Source: an uncultured cyanobacterium
GTDB lineage: Bacteria; Cyanobacteriota; Cyanobacteriia; Cyanobacteriales; Cyanobacteriaceae
Assembly (NCBI GenBank): GCA_963749915.1
Contig: CAVVOP010000020.1
Coordinates: 1-64,000, forward strand
Direction of reading: 5' to 3'
DNA length: 64,000 nt
In this document: piece after piece, positions 38,374 through 49,055 of the stretch
How the letters are laid out: each line of letters opens with the position of its first letter
Numbering within the stretch: position 1 is the first letter of the stretch
Notes under the pieces: generated by a model
Told to the model about the DNA's origin: nothing
Database searches by the model: none
What the model saw: the letters and a program-made list of their open reading frames with translations, nothing else
Translations under genes and position numbers: made by a program

Positions 38374-40059
38374 ATGAATCGTCATCTTTTTACATCTAAA
38401 ATTCCACGATATGGGATTAAATCTCAAGAGTATTGGTTAGAATTTTTCTATTTTTTCGGTCTTTTTTGTGTCGCGATAACTTTATATTCTTTCCATTTAG
38501 GTGATTTACCTTTGAGGGATTGGGATGAAGGTACTTTTGCACAGGTAGCCAAGGAAATTTATCAATCTTCTTTTCAAGATTCACACTGGCTTTTCCCCAC
38601 TATTTGGAATGAGCCTTATTTGAATAAACCTCCTTTAATTCATACTTTGACGGCTTTAGTTTATAGTTTTGCCGGAGTCAATGAGTTTACAACTCGTATT
38701 GTGGGTGCTTCATTAACGGCTTTATCTGTGCCTTTACTCTATTCTTTGGCGAAGGAATTATTTTTACCACGCAATTATGCCTTATTTTCGGCTTTAGTTT
38801 ATCTTACGACTATGCCTGTAGTTCGCCATGGAAGATTAGCTATGCTTGATGGTGCGGTGTTATGTTTTCAAATTTTAATGATGTTATCTATTTTAAGGGC
38901 TAGACGGGATTTGCGTTGGGGGTTACTAGCAGGAATTAGTTTTGCTTTAATTTGCCTTAGTAAAGGTTGGATGATGGGTCTTTTATTAGCTGCTATCGCA
39001 TTTTTATTCCTTTGTTGGGATACTCCCCGATTAATCTCATCTGTTTATTTATGGTCGGGATTACTTTTAGGCGTAACCCCCGTCATTGCATGGCAAGTGG
39101 CACAATATCAATATTACGGCGGAAATTTTGTCAATACTTCTATTAAAGATCAATCCTTAGATCGTATTTTTACCTCCGTGGAAGGAAATCAAGGACCTAT
39201 TTGGTATTATTTACTAGAATTGTTAAAATACCCCCACCCTTGGCTTTTTGTTGCTGTCTGTGGACTAGCGATGGCATGGAAAAATCGCAATTGGAGTTGG
39301 GCAAAATTCATTTTGGTGTGGAGTAGTGCTTATTTAATAGCCGTGTCGATAATGGGGACAAAATTACCTTGGTATATCATGCCCATATATCCAGCTTTAT
39401 CCATATCCGCAGGAGTGGCATTAGTGCAAATAGAATCTTTACCCTCATTCCAATCTTATCCTCGTATATGGAAAGGATTTTTTGGTTTCCTTAGCATCGC
39501 CGTTACAAGCGGATTTTTCTATTTTCTTCTCACTCAACCATATAATCAAAATCTGTTAACCGTTTTCGGGTTATTGTCAATCACATTTTCGGCAACGACA
39601 ATTCTTTTACTCAAAAAAGATCAACAATTTATTCCTGTATTATTTTGGGGGATGTATGTTTCCTTAATGGTATTTTTCAGTTCTGATTATTGGTTATGGG
39701 AATTAAACGAAGCATATCCTGTAAAACCAGTTGCCGCTGTGGTCAAAGAAGAAGTAAGGCCCAAAGAAACTGTTTATATTTCTTTTGATTATGAGCGCCC
39801 TTCTCTGAATTTTTATAGTGAACACCGAGTTATACCTGCTAACCTGGAAGAGATGCAAAACTTGATCAAATTTCCCTCCTCTTTACTAGTAAATACTGAA
39901 ACTTTATTAGAACTTGATTTAATTGTCAACGGTGATAATTACTGCTATGTTATGCAAGATATAGATCAAAAGTACGCCAAAATACAACCCCAGAAAAATT
40001 GTTTCCAAAAGACAATAATACCCGAATCCCAATTTATTTTATTAACACCAATTAAATGA
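38374..40059 (+). CDS. ArnT/PMT-like (GT39/GT83) glycosyltransferase
   Basis: LRDWDEG, YLNKPPL, GRLAMLD, TKLPWYIMP. Confidence 0.88.
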   Translation: MNRHLFTSKIPRYGIKSQEYWLEFFYFFGLFCVAITLYSFHLGDLPLRDWDEGTFAQVAKEIYQSSFQDSHWLFPTIWNEPYLNKPPLIHTLTALVYSFAGVNEFTTRIVGASLTALSVPLLYSLAKELFLPRNYALFSALVYLTTMPVVRHGRLAMLDGAVLCFQILMMLSILRARRDLRWGLLAGISFALICLSKGWMMGLLLAAIAFLFLCWDTPRLISSVYLWSGLLLGVTPVIAWQVAQYQYYGGNFVNTSIKDQSLDRIFTSVEGNQGPIWYYLLELLKYPHPWLFVAVCGLAMAWKNRNWSWAKFILVWSSAYLIAVSIMGTKLPWYIMPIYPALSISAGVALVQIESLPSFQSYPRIWKGFFGFLSIAVTSGFFYFLLTQPYNQNLLTVFGLLSITFSATTILLLKKDQQFIPVLFWGMYVSLMVFFSSDYWLWELNEAYPVKPVAAVVKEEVRPKETVYISFDYERPSLNFYSEHRVIPANLEEMQNLIKFPSSLLVNTETLLELDLIVNGDNYCYVMQDIDQKYAKIQPQKNCFQKTIIPESQFILLTPIK

Positions 40060-40478
40060 ACTGCCATAATTTATATAAACACTTAGAAAAATTGTCTCCT
40101 CGAAATTTTGCGATTAGTTTATTATGGTTTATATTTTGGATGATAATCTATGCCATTAGTGCACTTATCCAGCCAGAATTAGTATTTATTCCCATGTTGT
40201 TTAACTTGCCCTTAGCTAGTTTTTTTTGTACTGGGATAATTTTAGAAACTTTAATTATTTTTTATTTTAACTATGATCAATTCTATGACACCATAGGAAA
40301 ATTGATAGTTTTATTATTGACTTTTTCTATTAACTATCTTTATCGTCAAGTAATTTTTCGTGAACAAAAATCTATCAAACCGAAAATAAAATCAAGAATT
40401 AAAGAATTTTTTATTTGGATCATTCCCTGGTTAATAATTGTATCGATTTTAGGACAAATTTCTTCCTTAATCCAGTAG
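40056..40478 (+). CDS. Hypothetical membrane protein
   Basis: 140 aa hydrophobic ORF; ATGA overlap with the upstream gene. Confidence 0.5.
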   Translation: MNCHNLYKHLEKLSPRNFAISLLWFIFWMIIYAISALIQPELVFIPMLFNLPLASFFCTGIILETLIIFYFNYDQFYDTIGKLIVLLLTFSINYLYRQVIFREQKSIKPKIKSRIKEFFIWIIPWLIIVSILGQISSLIQ

Positions 40479-40665
40479 GAGTTGCCCAAAAAGAGTTTTT
40501 TGATAAAACTTCTATTGATCGGTATAACTTGTTCACAGTTACAGGTTCGCAGTTATGATATAGTTTTAGAAAACCTTTGCCTGTTACCACCTGTTGTCTC
40601 TCATGAAGGAAGTTGACATTTCCAGGAATCGTTGAATAACATGGGCAATTATCACTCAAATATTT

Positions 40666-41061
40666 ATGATCATGAAATATTCACAAATTAAAAGTAATCA
40701 GATTTTCAAATTGTGTTTGTTGTCCACCCCTGTAGTATTAGCCTCTTTTGTGTTTAATGTTTGGCAACCCCAACGAGTTGAAGCCTCGGAAAGTCAAGGG
40801 ATTAATATCACTATTATTAACCCTAACCAGGGTGAAATAAATGATGATTACAACTTAGAAACAAATGAATATGGTGATTCAGTGCTCAATTTTACCGATG
40901 AAGAAAGTGACTCTGCCATAAAAATGTTTGGCTGTGATTGTCCTTCTTCTATTAATAAATTGAAAAAAATACGAGGTCTGACAAAAGGAGTTTATGGAGA
41001 ATTATTAAACGATCAAACTATGATGGCTACTTGTCCCCATCAACAGTATATAGGAGTTTAA
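40666..41061 (+). CDS. Secreted hypothetical protein with FGCDCP motif
   Basis: Signal peptide, LNFTDEESDSAIKMFGCDCP. Confidence 0.65.
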   Translation: MIMKYSQIKSNQIFKLCLLSTPVVLASFVFNVWQPQRVEASESQGINITIINPNQGEINDDYNLETNEYGDSVLNFTDEESDSAIKMFGCDCPSSINKLKKIRGLTKGVYGELLNDQTMMATCPHQQYIGV

Positions 41062-41219
41062 AATCATTTTCCCTGACGATAACACTTTTTTATCACCCCC
41101 TAAATATGCTAGAGTGGTCATGGTGAGAATTTCTGAACATTATGCAATATCAGCATTACGGCAACCTGAAGATCAGGCGAAAATTAGAGGGATCTTGTTA
41201 TATTTATTAGGGGAAAATT

Positions 41220-44219
41220 ATGGTAGCTGTAGTTAATCCGATCTCGTCATACGAAAATAAGACGCAAGCCATCGCACGGGAATTAATCCAAGCCACACGG
41301 CAGAAGGGTAATATTTTTAGTAAGCTCAAAGAACAGATGCACTTCGATGATAAACTCATGGCTTGGACCATGAGCAATCCGGGGTTGCGGGTTCAATTGT
41401 TTAGGTTCATCGATGCATTACCTGCATTGCAAAGTAAAGCTGAAATTGCCCGTCATTTGCAACAATATTTGACCACCGAAGAAGTAGAATTACCAGAGGC
41501 ACTGAAGGTCATTCTTAATTTTAGTGAGCCAAATTCACCCCCGGCCCAAATTGCGGCGGCAACTATCACCAAAGCGGTAGAAACCCTTGCTTATAAATAC
41601 ATCTCTGGGGAAACTCTCAAAGAGGTCATTAAGGCAGTGGAAAGAATGCGCAAGGAAAAAATGGGTTTTACCATCGACTTGTTAGGGGAGGCGGTAATTA
41701 CGGAAGTTGAGGCGGAATCTTACTTACAAAACTACCTTGATTTAATCACTCAATTGAGCCAACAAGCTCAAAAATGGGCAAATATTCCTGAAATTGACGA
41801 TGCTGATGGGGAAAATCTCCCTAAAGTACAAGTATCGGTCAAGTTGACTGCATTTTACTCCCAATTTGATCCCATTGACCCTGAAGGTAGTAAAGTAAAA
41901 GTATGCGATCGCATCCGCACTCTCTTAAGACACGCCCAACAACATGGGGCGGCGGTGCATTTCGACATGGAACAATATATTTACAAGGATATTACTATTT
42001 TTATCTTACAAGAGTTGTTGATGGAAGATGAGTTTCGCCCTCGCACTGATATTGGCGTCACTTTACAAGCCTACCTGCGAGATTCCGAGAAAGACTTACA
42101 AAGTTGGATTGATTGGGCGAAAAGACGGGGTAGTCCCATCACTGTTAGATTGGTAAAAGGGGCATATTGGGATCAAGAAACAATTAAATCTTTGCAAAAT
42201 CACTGGGAACAGCCCGTATTTAATCAAAAACCCGAAAGTGACATCAGTTATGAGAGTTTAACTCGTCTTCTTCTCGAAAATCACCAATATTTAACCGCAG
42301 CCATCGCCTCTCATAATGTGCGAACTCAAGCCAATGCTATCGCCATTGCGGAAACGTTGAAGATACCAAAAAGAAAGTTTGAATGTCAAATTTTATACGG
42401 CATGGGAGAAACCCTAGCTAAAGCCATCGTCAAAAGAGGGCATCGAGTGAGAGTATATGCACCCTATGGGGAACTTTTACCGGGGATGGCTTACCTTATC
42501 CGCCGTTTGCTGGAAAATACTGCCAATAGCTCCTTTTTACGCCAAAACTCCGAAGAAAAACCCATTGAAGAATTAGTCGCACCTCCTAAAATGTCACTCA
42601 ATCCCCCAAATCAAGATCAAACTCCCCCAACCCCACTTGATAAGAAGGGTTTTATCGGTTCAGCTGATACCGATTATGGGCGTGAAACTAACCTCAGTAA
42701 AGCTAGACAAGCCTTAACCATCGTGCATAATCATCTGGGAAAAACTTACCTACCCTTGATTAATGGGCAATATGTGGAAACCGAGACTTATATTGACTCC
42801 GTCAACCCTTCCAAGCCTTCTGAAGTTGTGGGCAAAATTGGCTTAATCTCTCTCCCCCAAGCTGATGAGGCCATGAATGCCGCCAAAGAAGCATTTAAAA
42901 CATGGAGTAAAACCTCCGCAAGAGAAAGGGCTGATATTTTGCGTAAAGCCGCCGAGATTATGGAAGCAAAACGCCATGAATTAACCGCTTGGATGTGTTA
43001 TGAAGTTGGTAAAATCCTAAAAGAGGGTGATCCGGAAATATCAGAAGCTATCGATTTTTGTCGTTACTATGCCGATGAGATGGAACGGCTGGATCAAGGT
43101 TATAATTTTGACGTGGCAGGAGAAAATGATCGTTATTTCTACCAACCTCGTGGAATCGCTCTGATTATCTCCCCTTGGAATTTCCCCTTTGCCATCGCTA
43201 CGGGCATGACAGTGGCCGCGTTAGTTGCTGGTAATTGTGCCCTATTGAAACCTGCGGCAACCAGTACCGTTATTGGGGCGAAAATAGCGGAAATTTTGGT
43301 AGAAGCTGGTATTCCTGCCGGTGTTTTCCAATATATACCAGGGAAAGGCTCACTTGTGGGGGATTATCTTGTTAAACATCCTGATATTCATTTAATCGCC
43401 TTTACAGGTTCAAGGGAAGTGGGTTGTAAAATTTATGCTGATGCGGCGATATTGCAACCTAAACAAAAACACCTCAAGCGAGTTATTGCGGAAATGGGTG
43501 GTAAAAATGCCATTATCATCGATGAAAGTGCAGATTTAGATCAGGGTGTCGCTGGGGTAATACAGTCAGCTTTTGGATTTAGCGGTCAAAAATGTTCTGC
43601 TTGTTCACGGGTAATTGTCTTAAATACCATCTATGATAGCTTTGTCCAGCGTTTAGTAGAGGCAGTTAAATCCCTCAACGTGGGTGATGCTAAAAATCCC
43701 AGCACGAAAATAGGACCTGTGATCGATGCTACAGCCCAAGCACGTATTTTGGACTATATTGATAAGGGTAAACAAGACAGCACTTTGGCCATTCAAGTAT
43801 CCGTCCCCGAAACTGGTTATTTTGTCCCTCCCACTGTTTTCACAGATGTTTCAGCAGATGCCACCATCGCCCAAGAGGAAATTTTTGGTCCTGTATTAGC
43901 CGTAATCAAAGCCAACAGTTTCCATGAGGCATTAAACATAGCCAACTCGACAGATTACGCCCTAACTGGCGGTTTATATTCCCGCACTCCAGCCCACATT
44001 GAAAGGGCATACAAAGAGTTTGAGGTGGGTAATTTATATATTAACCGGGGAATAACAGGGGCCATCGTTGCTCGTCAACCCTTCGGCGGTTTTAAACTCT
44101 CTGGGGTCGGTTCAAAAGCAGGAGGACCAGATTATCTGTTACAGTTTTTGGAACCCCGCGTTGTCACTGAAAACATCCAACGTCAAGGATTTGCACCCAT
44201 AGAAGGCGCTGATAATTAA
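41220..44219 (+). CDS. putA: Bifunctional proline dehydrogenase / P5C dehydrogenase
   Basis: RLVKGAYWD, YLIRRLLENTAN, AEMGGKN, GQKCSACSR, EEIFGPV. Confidence 0.96.
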   Translation: MVAVVNPISSYENKTQAIARELIQATRQKGNIFSKLKEQMHFDDKLMAWTMSNPGLRVQLFRFIDALPALQSKAEIARHLQQYLTTEEVELPEALKVILNFSEPNSPPAQIAAATITKAVETLAYKYISGETLKEVIKAVERMRKEKMGFTIDLLGEAVITEVEAESYLQNYLDLITQLSQQAQKWANIPEIDDADGENLPKVQVSVKLTAFYSQFDPIDPEGSKVKVCDRIRTLLRHAQQHGAAVHFDMEQYIYKDITIFILQELLMEDEFRPRTDIGVTLQAYLRDSEKDLQSWIDWAKRRGSPITVRLVKGAYWDQETIKSLQNHWEQPVFNQKPESDISYESLTRLLLENHQYLTAAIASHNVRTQANAIAIAETLKIPKRKFECQILYGMGETLAKAIVKRGHRVRVYAPYGELLPGMAYLIRRLLENTANSSFLRQNSEEKPIEELVAPPKMSLNPPNQDQTPPTPLDKKGFIGSADTDYGRETNLSKARQALTIVHNHLGKTYLPLINGQYVETETYIDSVNPSKPSEVVGKIGLISLPQADEAMNAAKEAFKTWSKTSARERADILRKAAEIMEAKRHELTAWMCYEVGKILKEGDPEISEAIDFCRYYADEMERLDQGYNFDVAGENDRYFYQPRGIALIISPWNFPFAIATGMTVAALVAGNCALLKPAATSTVIGAKIAEILVEAGIPAGVFQYIPGKGSLVGDYLVKHPDIHLIAFTGSREVGCKIYADAAILQPKQKHLKRVIAEMGGKNAIIIDESADLDQGVAGVIQSAFGFSGQKCSACSRVIVLNTIYDSFVQRLVEAVKSLNVGDAKNPSTKIGPVIDATAQARILDYIDKGKQDSTLAIQVSVPETGYFVPPTVFTDVSADATIAQEEIFGPVLAVIKANSFHEALNIANSTDYALTGGLYSRTPAHIERAYKEFEVGNLYINRGITGAIVARQPFGGFKLSGVGSKAGGPDYLLQFLEPRVVTENIQRQGFAPIEGADN

Positions 44220-44278
44220 GTAATAAGCCCCTGACGAGGAAATTCAAAATTCAAAATTCCAATCAGTTTAGGAATAGT

Positions 44279-45496
44279 TTACCGTGGTAGAGATTGATTA
44301 TTCGTTGGTAAGATACCCAGTTTTACAGGAATTTTAATTTCTTTGTGATCTCGTTGTAAATTTAGGGTTAAGTCAGAACCCACCTGACTAGATTCCACTT
44401 TTTTCTGTACCTGTGAGGGATCTGCAATTTTTTCACCCTCAATACCTTGAATAATATCCCCAGATTTTAACCCAGCTTGTGATGCAGGAGAATTAGGAAC
44501 TACTTTTAAGATTAATACTCCTTCTTCGTTAGTTAATTTAAAGCCTTCATTTTGGTTTAATTGTTCTTTGGTTTGGTCATTTAACGGTATCATAGCGATG
44601 CCTAAATATGGATGATCTACCTTTCCCCCAATAATTAATTTTTCAGCGATTTCTGACGCCCGATTGATGGGAATAGCAAAACCTAACCCTTGGGCATTTT
44701 TAATAATAGCGGTATTGATGGCGATTACTTCCCCTTGGGCATTTAAAAGAGGACCACCAGAATTCCCCGGGTTAATTGCCGCATCGGTTTGAATAAAGTC
44801 TAGTCGTTTATCGCCAACACCAATTTGAGAACTTGATCTTCCTGTTGCACTAATAATACCTGTTGTAACTGTATTATCTAAACCGAGGGGATTGCCGATG
44901 GCGATTGCCCATTCACCGATAACGAGATTATCAGAATCCCCTAATTGAGCAACAGGTAAATTTTCCCCTTGAATTTGAATGACAGCTAAATCCGTGAGAG
45001 GATCAGTGCCTAATACTTTCCCCTCTAATACTCTTCCATCTTTAAGATTCACTGTTACTTTAGTTGAGCCTTCAACCACGTGTGCATTGGTCAAAATTTT
45101 ACCATCATCACTAATAATAAACCCTGATCCTGTACCTTGTTGAATTTGTTGTTCAGGAGTTTCCGGGATTTGATCGCCAAAAAATTGACGGAAAAAAGGA
45201 TCATTAAATACAGGTGGAACATTATTATTACTGGCGACAATTCTTTCAGCATTGATTCTAACAACAGCAGGACCTACTTCTTGAACGACTTTAGAGACAA
45301 AATTAATATCTGTATTCTTTCCTAATTCTGGTAATCTATTACTAACTAAACTTTCTTTTTGTTCGATGGTAGTATTTTCGTTATTACCAGCAAATATTTG
45401 AGGCGTGTTGATTAAATAATTGACGCCGACACCAATACCAGCACCCAATAAAAGTAGAGAAGTGCAAGTGGTAGCTTTTTGGATATATTTGTTCAT
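44279..45496 (-). CDS. HhoA/HhoB/HtrA serine protease with one PDZ domain
   Basis: GTGSGFII, TNAHVV, TDAAINPGNSGGPL, C-terminal PDZ. Confidence 0.95.
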   Translation of the reverse strand: MNKYIQKATTCTSLLLLGAGIGVGVNYLINTPQIFAGNNENTTIEQKESLVSNRLPELGKNTDINFVSKVVQEVGPAVVRINAERIVASNNNVPPVFNDPFFRQFFGDQIPETPEQQIQQGTGSGFIISDDGKILTNAHVVEGSTKVTVNLKDGRVLEGKVLGTDPLTDLAVIQIQGENLPVAQLGDSDNLVIGEWAIAIGNPLGLDNTVTTGIISATGRSSSQIGVGDKRLDFIQTDAAINPGNSGGPLLNAQGEVIAINTAIIKNAQGLGFAIPINRASEIAEKLIIGGKVDHPYLGIAMIPLNDQTKEQLNQNEGFKLTNEEGVLILKVVPNSPASQAGLKSGDIIQGIEGEKIADPSQVQKKVESSQVGSDLTLNLQRDHKEIKIPVKLGILPTNNQSLPR

Positions 45497-45662
45497 GATG
45501 GGGACTTCTATTTTGAGTTTTTTGGAAATAAAATTAAAATTAATAATATTGCGGGAATAATTATAAGTATACGATGTTCAGAAAAAAAGTCAGCTTAAAG
45601 TGCGAAGGAGCAAAAGAGGAAAACCTTTTTTAAGCTGACATTTAATAATATAAACAACGGTT

Positions 45663-45700
45663 ATGACTTTTCTGTGAAGCTGATATGAAGAGTTGATGAA
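45663..45700 (-). promoter_or_regulatory. Four 11-bp-periodic TTCAT-like direct repeats upstream of htrA (candidate OmpR-family site)
   Basis: Minus strand TTCAT-caactc-TTCAT-atcagc-TTCAC-agaaaa-GTCAT. Confidence 0.4.
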
Positions 45701-45727
45701 CAATTAGCTATTAATACAACTTCAAAC

Positions 45728-46711
45728 TTAGGTTATTCCTAATTCTCTTTTTAAAAGGTTAATAGATTTTTCGCCGATATAATTGTTACTACAGATAATT
45801 TCTGGCGGTCGTATGAGTTCATCTTGTACTTGTTTAAGGATTTTTTTTACGGTCAAATAACTATTAGGGTCGCAGATAATGGTATAAGCACTAAGGACTA
45901 AGTTCTTTAATTTTTGTTGATCATTAGCTTGGGCAGTGATAATACTAATATCCTTGCCCCGAAGACTATGTACTAGAATCTCTGCTACCCTCAAAATACC
46001 TGTACTTAAACTCACTATACCTAAATAAGAGTCTTGGGGTAGTTTTTTAATGATCTGTAATTCTTCTTTATAATCGTAAATATCAAGGGGAATTACTCTA
46101 GTTGACTGGGGGGAAACTATTTCTAAAACTTGGTGAATAAAATAACGACTGGTGACAATGGTAGCTGAATGAGCCTCCGTTAAAATTAAATTTAATTCCT
46201 CCATGGGCACCAATTGTATAGGAATTAATAAGGCTTGTTCCAATTCTAAAACCATCAGTTGCCCAGCACCCATATCTACCCTCGGCACAGTGACTAAAAC
46301 TAAAGCACTACAACCTAATCTCCAATCAATTTCAGCTACAAATAATTGTTTAATTTGTTCTAAATTACAGCCTTGTAATAATAATTCATCAACATTTTGC
46401 TTGATAATTTTCTGGGCGGTGGGGTATGCTTTTAAAAAATGTGATCTTGATTCTTTAACACTTTCATTTCCTTGGGCTTTGACGTATATGCCCGATCCAG
46501 CAAGGGATTCAACTAGTCCTTTTTCTTCTAATTGCCGATAAACTTTACTGATGGTGTTGCGATGTAATCCTGTTATTAGTGCTAGTTGTCTTGTACTCGG
46601 TAAACGATGACCAGGGGGATATTGACAAGATGCGATGGCAAACTGAATTTGATCGATTAATTGTTGAGAAGGAGAAATATTCCCCTCAGTCTGGATACTA
46701 AAGTGAAACAT
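45728..46711 (-). CDS. plmA: PlmA-type GntR transcriptional regulator
   Basis: QLIDQIQFAIASCQYPPGHRLPSTRQLA..TGLHRNTISKVY; C-terminal NYIGEKSINLLKRELG; likely start 46711. Confidence 0.88.
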   Translation of the reverse strand: MFHFSIQTEGNISPSQQLIDQIQFAIASCQYPPGHRLPSTRQLALITGLHRNTISKVYRQLEEKGLVESLAGSGIYVKAQGNESVKESRSHFLKAYPTAQKIIKQNVDELLLQGCNLEQIKQLFVAEIDWRLGCSALVLVTVPRVDMGAGQLMVLELEQALLIPIQLVPMEELNLILTEAHSATIVTSRYFIHQVLEIVSPQSTRVIPLDIYDYKEELQIIKKLPQDSYLGIVSLSTGILRVAEILVHSLRGKDISIITAQANDQQKLKNLVLSAYTIICDPNSYLTVKKILKQVQDELIRPPEIICSNNYIGEKSINLLKRELGIT

Positions 46712-46826
46712 AAAATTAACAATGGGCAATTAAACTTATAATCTTCTAGTGTCCCTGTCCCCCTCATGCCAAAAATTATATAGAGGCATGATTTCGCCCC
46801 CATATGTTCAAATAATAAAGAAAGGA

Positions 46827-47261
46827 TTAACCTTGAGTCTTTCCGCCTAATACTTGTTGTTTTAAGCTATTAAATTCGGCAAATAACTCTTGACGAGTAG
46901 AAGCCTTCAATAAATAACGGGTAACAAACCAAGCACTATATCCCAAACCTACTAATTCTAAAATAGATGATAAGAGAGGAATATTATCGATGGCATCTAA
47001 TACTGATAAAGTGACATAAACAGTAATAGCCGCAGTGAGAATTAAGCCAAGGGTCGTTAAAGGTTGTTTATACTCGGAAAAGAAGTTCCCCAATTGTTCG
47101 GGTATTTTAGCTAAAAAGTCCACTACTACATCTACCCATTCTTGCCAACCCTGTTCATCATTAGAAGGCATTTTGGCGGTAATTACACCGGGGATGTCAT
47201 CATTTAATTGTGTAGTGGATTCGTTAAATTGAGTCTCTTGTTCGTAAGATTGAGATTCCAT
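46827..47261 (-). CDS. curT: CAAD-domain thylakoid curvature protein
   Basis: LDAIDNIPLLSSILELVGLGYSAWFVTRYLLKASTRQEL. Confidence 0.88.
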   Translation of the reverse strand: MESQSYEQETQFNESTTQLNDDIPGVITAKMPSNDEQGWQEWVDVVVDFLAKIPEQLGNFFSEYKQPLTTLGLILTAAITVYVTLSVLDAIDNIPLLSSILELVGLGYSAWFVTRYLLKASTRQELFAEFNSLKQQVLGGKTQG

Positions 47262-47563
47262 AGAATATATCTCCTAAGTTTGATTTTTAGATAGTTTTGC
47301 TTGTGTCAGCACAAATATTAAGTTAACTGACTATTAGTTAAATTGCCAAAAAACAACAATAAACTCTCAATTAATATATAGCGATCCTATCCGATTTGTG
47401 AGAATTTAATTATTAAGCAAACCTATTTTAATTCATTTATCTAATTCATAACAAGATTCTTCCCAGTTCATACTATTCTTCAATCTCACGCCGAAGGCCT
47501 TAGCCTGAGAGGAGTGAGTAGAATCAATTGAGTTAAAATTCTGTTCATGATTTCTAGCGACGG

Positions 47564-47608
47564 TATAATAAAAGTATCAACCAAACTATACCGCACAGTG
47601 CAATATAG
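47564..47608 (+). promoter_or_regulatory. -10 element and candidate TetR-type operator before the efflux adaptor gene
   Basis: TATAAT at 47564-47569; imperfect palindrome CTATACCGCAC-A-GTGCAATATAG at 47586-47608. Confidence 0.4.
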
Positions 47609-47624
47609 CGGTAATTTTAAGACC

Positions 47625-48917
47625 ATGTCTCAGATAGCTTCTCAGTTTCAGGAAGAAAAGGCAGTTTCCACCCGACAACCACAACAGCGTTTGGGAAAAC
47701 TGCGTCTTTTAATTCCTCTAGCCTTATTGTTATTAGGGATAGGCATCGGCCTCCGTTACTATTTCTTCCATCGGCCTGAGGATAACAATCTAGAACTTAG
47801 TGGCAGGATTGAAGGTTATGAAACTGACTTAGGAGCAAAAGTAGGAGGAAGAATCGAATGGATCGCCGTGCGAGAAGGGGATCTCGTCCATAAAGGTCAA
47901 GTTATCGCTCAACTTGACAATGCCGAGTTAAAAGCGCAATTAGAGGGAGCGAAAGCCCGTTTCCAAGCCGCCCAACAACAAGTCAATCAGGCTCGTTTAC
48001 AAATAGAAGTAATTCGGAGTCAGATTGAAGAAGCTCAACTAAATTTACGTCAATCTGCGGAAGATGCCCAGGGCAGGATTAATCAGGCACAAGCAACTGT
48101 AGCGGCTGCACGGGCACAACTTTTAGAAGCACAGGCACGGGTAAAACAGGCCGAAGCAGAAAGACAACTAGCCCAAAGCGATCGCGATCGCTACCAATCC
48201 TTAGCTCAAGCTGGAGTGATTCCCCAACAACAATTTGACTACAGCCAAACTAAACTCGATACCGCCCAAGCTAATCTACAAGCTTCTCAAGCAGTAGTGG
48301 ATGCCGCTAAAAAACAAGTAAATGTAGCTGAAGGGGCGTTAACACAGGCAAAAACCAGCAGTTTTAATCCCCAAATCAACACTGCCAAGGTAGCTGGTTT
48401 AACCAAACAATTAGCTCAGGCACAAGCACAATTAAAAGCGGCGATCGCAGAAGTAGCTAGTAATAAAGCAGCCCAAGCAGAGATTGTGGCCAAGTTAGAC
48501 GATCTCAGAATTCTTAGCCCTATTGATGGAGTAGTACTGACCCGTACTAGCGAACCGGGGGAAGTAATTGCGACGGGAACAACTTTGGTGACAGTTATTA
48601 ACCTTAACAATGTCTATCTACGGGGTTATCTACCAGAAGGAGAAATCGGGATGGTAAGAGTCGGACAAAGTGCGAAAGTCTTTTTAGATTCTTCACCAGA
48701 TAAACCTTTGGAGGCTACTGTAACGGAAATAGACTCCCAAGCTTCCTTTACCCCAGAAAATATTTACTTCCGCAGTGATCGCATCACCCAGGTCTTTGGT
48801 TTAAAACTAAGCATTGATAACCCTGCTGGCTTCGCCAAACCGGGAATGCCAGCCGATGGGGAAATTATTACTGAACACCTGCCGATGGATGTTTCGCCCC
48901 CCAAAAAAGTAGAGTAG
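47625..48917 (+). CDS. HlyD/YbhG-type efflux periplasmic adaptor
   Basis: LSGRIEGYETDLGAKVGGRI, coiled coil, SPIDGVV, ASFTPENIY, AKPGMPADGEI; likely start ATG 47625. Confidence 0.9.
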   Translation: MSQIASQFQEEKAVSTRQPQQRLGKLRLLIPLALLLLGIGIGLRYYFFHRPEDNNLELSGRIEGYETDLGAKVGGRIEWIAVREGDLVHKGQVIAQLDNAELKAQLEGAKARFQAAQQQVNQARLQIEVIRSQIEEAQLNLRQSAEDAQGRINQAQATVAAARAQLLEAQARVKQAEAERQLAQSDRDRYQSLAQAGVIPQQQFDYSQTKLDTAQANLQASQAVVDAAKKQVNVAEGALTQAKTSSFNPQINTAKVAGLTKQLAQAQAQLKAAIAEVASNKAAQAEIVAKLDDLRILSPIDGVVLTRTSEPGEVIATGTTLVTVINLNNVYLRGYLPEGEIGMVRVGQSAKVFLDSSPDKPLEATVTEIDSQASFTPENIYFRSDRITQVFGLKLSIDNPAGFAKPGMPADGEIITEHLPMDVSPPKKVE

Positions 48918-49055
48918 AAGGGAGAAAGGAGTTGGGAGAGGCATTTTCAGCTTTCTCCCTCAAACCCCAGTCCCCAATACTGCTCGGTTAAGGCTAGAAT
49001 TTATATTGTGAGGCAAATTTAGAATTTAGAATTTAGAATAATGTTTTTTGGCTCA

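Noticed and set aside
47625..48917. HlyD-like gene as the type I secretion adaptor for the RTX protein
   Set aside because: Its FTPENIY/KPGMPADG motifs and YbhF-like neighbour indicate an ABC-2 efflux adaptor; there is no HlyB-type exporter.
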